Origin: Octopus sinensis
Taxonomy: Eukaryota
Assembly (NCBI RefSeq): GCF_006345805.1
Contig: NC_043022.1
Coordinates: 6,200,001-6,264,000, forward strand
DNA: 64,000 bases
Reading direction: 5' to 3'
The position numbers and the translations under genes were made by a program. The notes below the pieces were generated by a model. It was not told where the DNA came from. It worked only from the letters and a program-made list of their open reading frames with translations, and made no database searches. Each line of letters opens with the position of its first letter. The stretch's first letter is position 1. Shown piece by piece: positions 63,755 through 64,000 of this stretch.

Positions 63755-64000
63755 TGCACTCCGTCGGTTATGACGATGAGGGTTCCGGTTGATCCGAATC
63801 AACAGAACAGCCTGCTCGTGAAATTAACGTGTAAGTGGCTGAGCACTCCACAGACATGTGTACCCTTAACGTAGTTCTCGGGGATATTCAGCGTGACACA
63901 GAGAGTGACAAGGCCGGCCCTTTGAAATACAGGTACAACAGAAACAGGAAGTAAGAGTGAGAGAAAGTTGTGGTGAAAGAGTACGGCAGGGATCACCACC
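63755..64000 (-). mobile_element. SINE family C, cut by the window edge
   Basis: Reverse match to the 3' two-thirds of 4177-4553. Confidence 0.9.

Overview
AT-rich eukaryotic DNA dense in microsatellites and SINEs; the repeat families point to an octopus (coleoid cephalopod) genome, which is an inference. The left half holds a + strand Rap1 GTPase-activating protein (Rap1GAP) gene. Seventeen GT-AG exons from 2398 to 31332 join in phase into 1833 nt (610 aa plus stop) with the catalytic KRHIGND Asn-thumb intact; the 5' end is incomplete and a repeat-poor 3' UTR runs to about 33.2 kb. From 34 to 64 kb I find no host exons, only decayed mobile DNA: RTE LINE pieces in a complex local duplication, and an orphan 28S rDNA 3' end with downstream spacer into which a Ty3/Gypsy (CsRn1-like) element and a hAT-Charlie transposon have inserted. 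The most unusual features are (1) a Gypsy element whose two 494-bp LTRs are INVERTED, with a second internal inversion, and (2) six in-frame 51-bp copies of the 3' splice site directly upstream of the catalytic Rap1GAP exon. All alignments and coordinates were read by eye; repeat boundaries are approximate.
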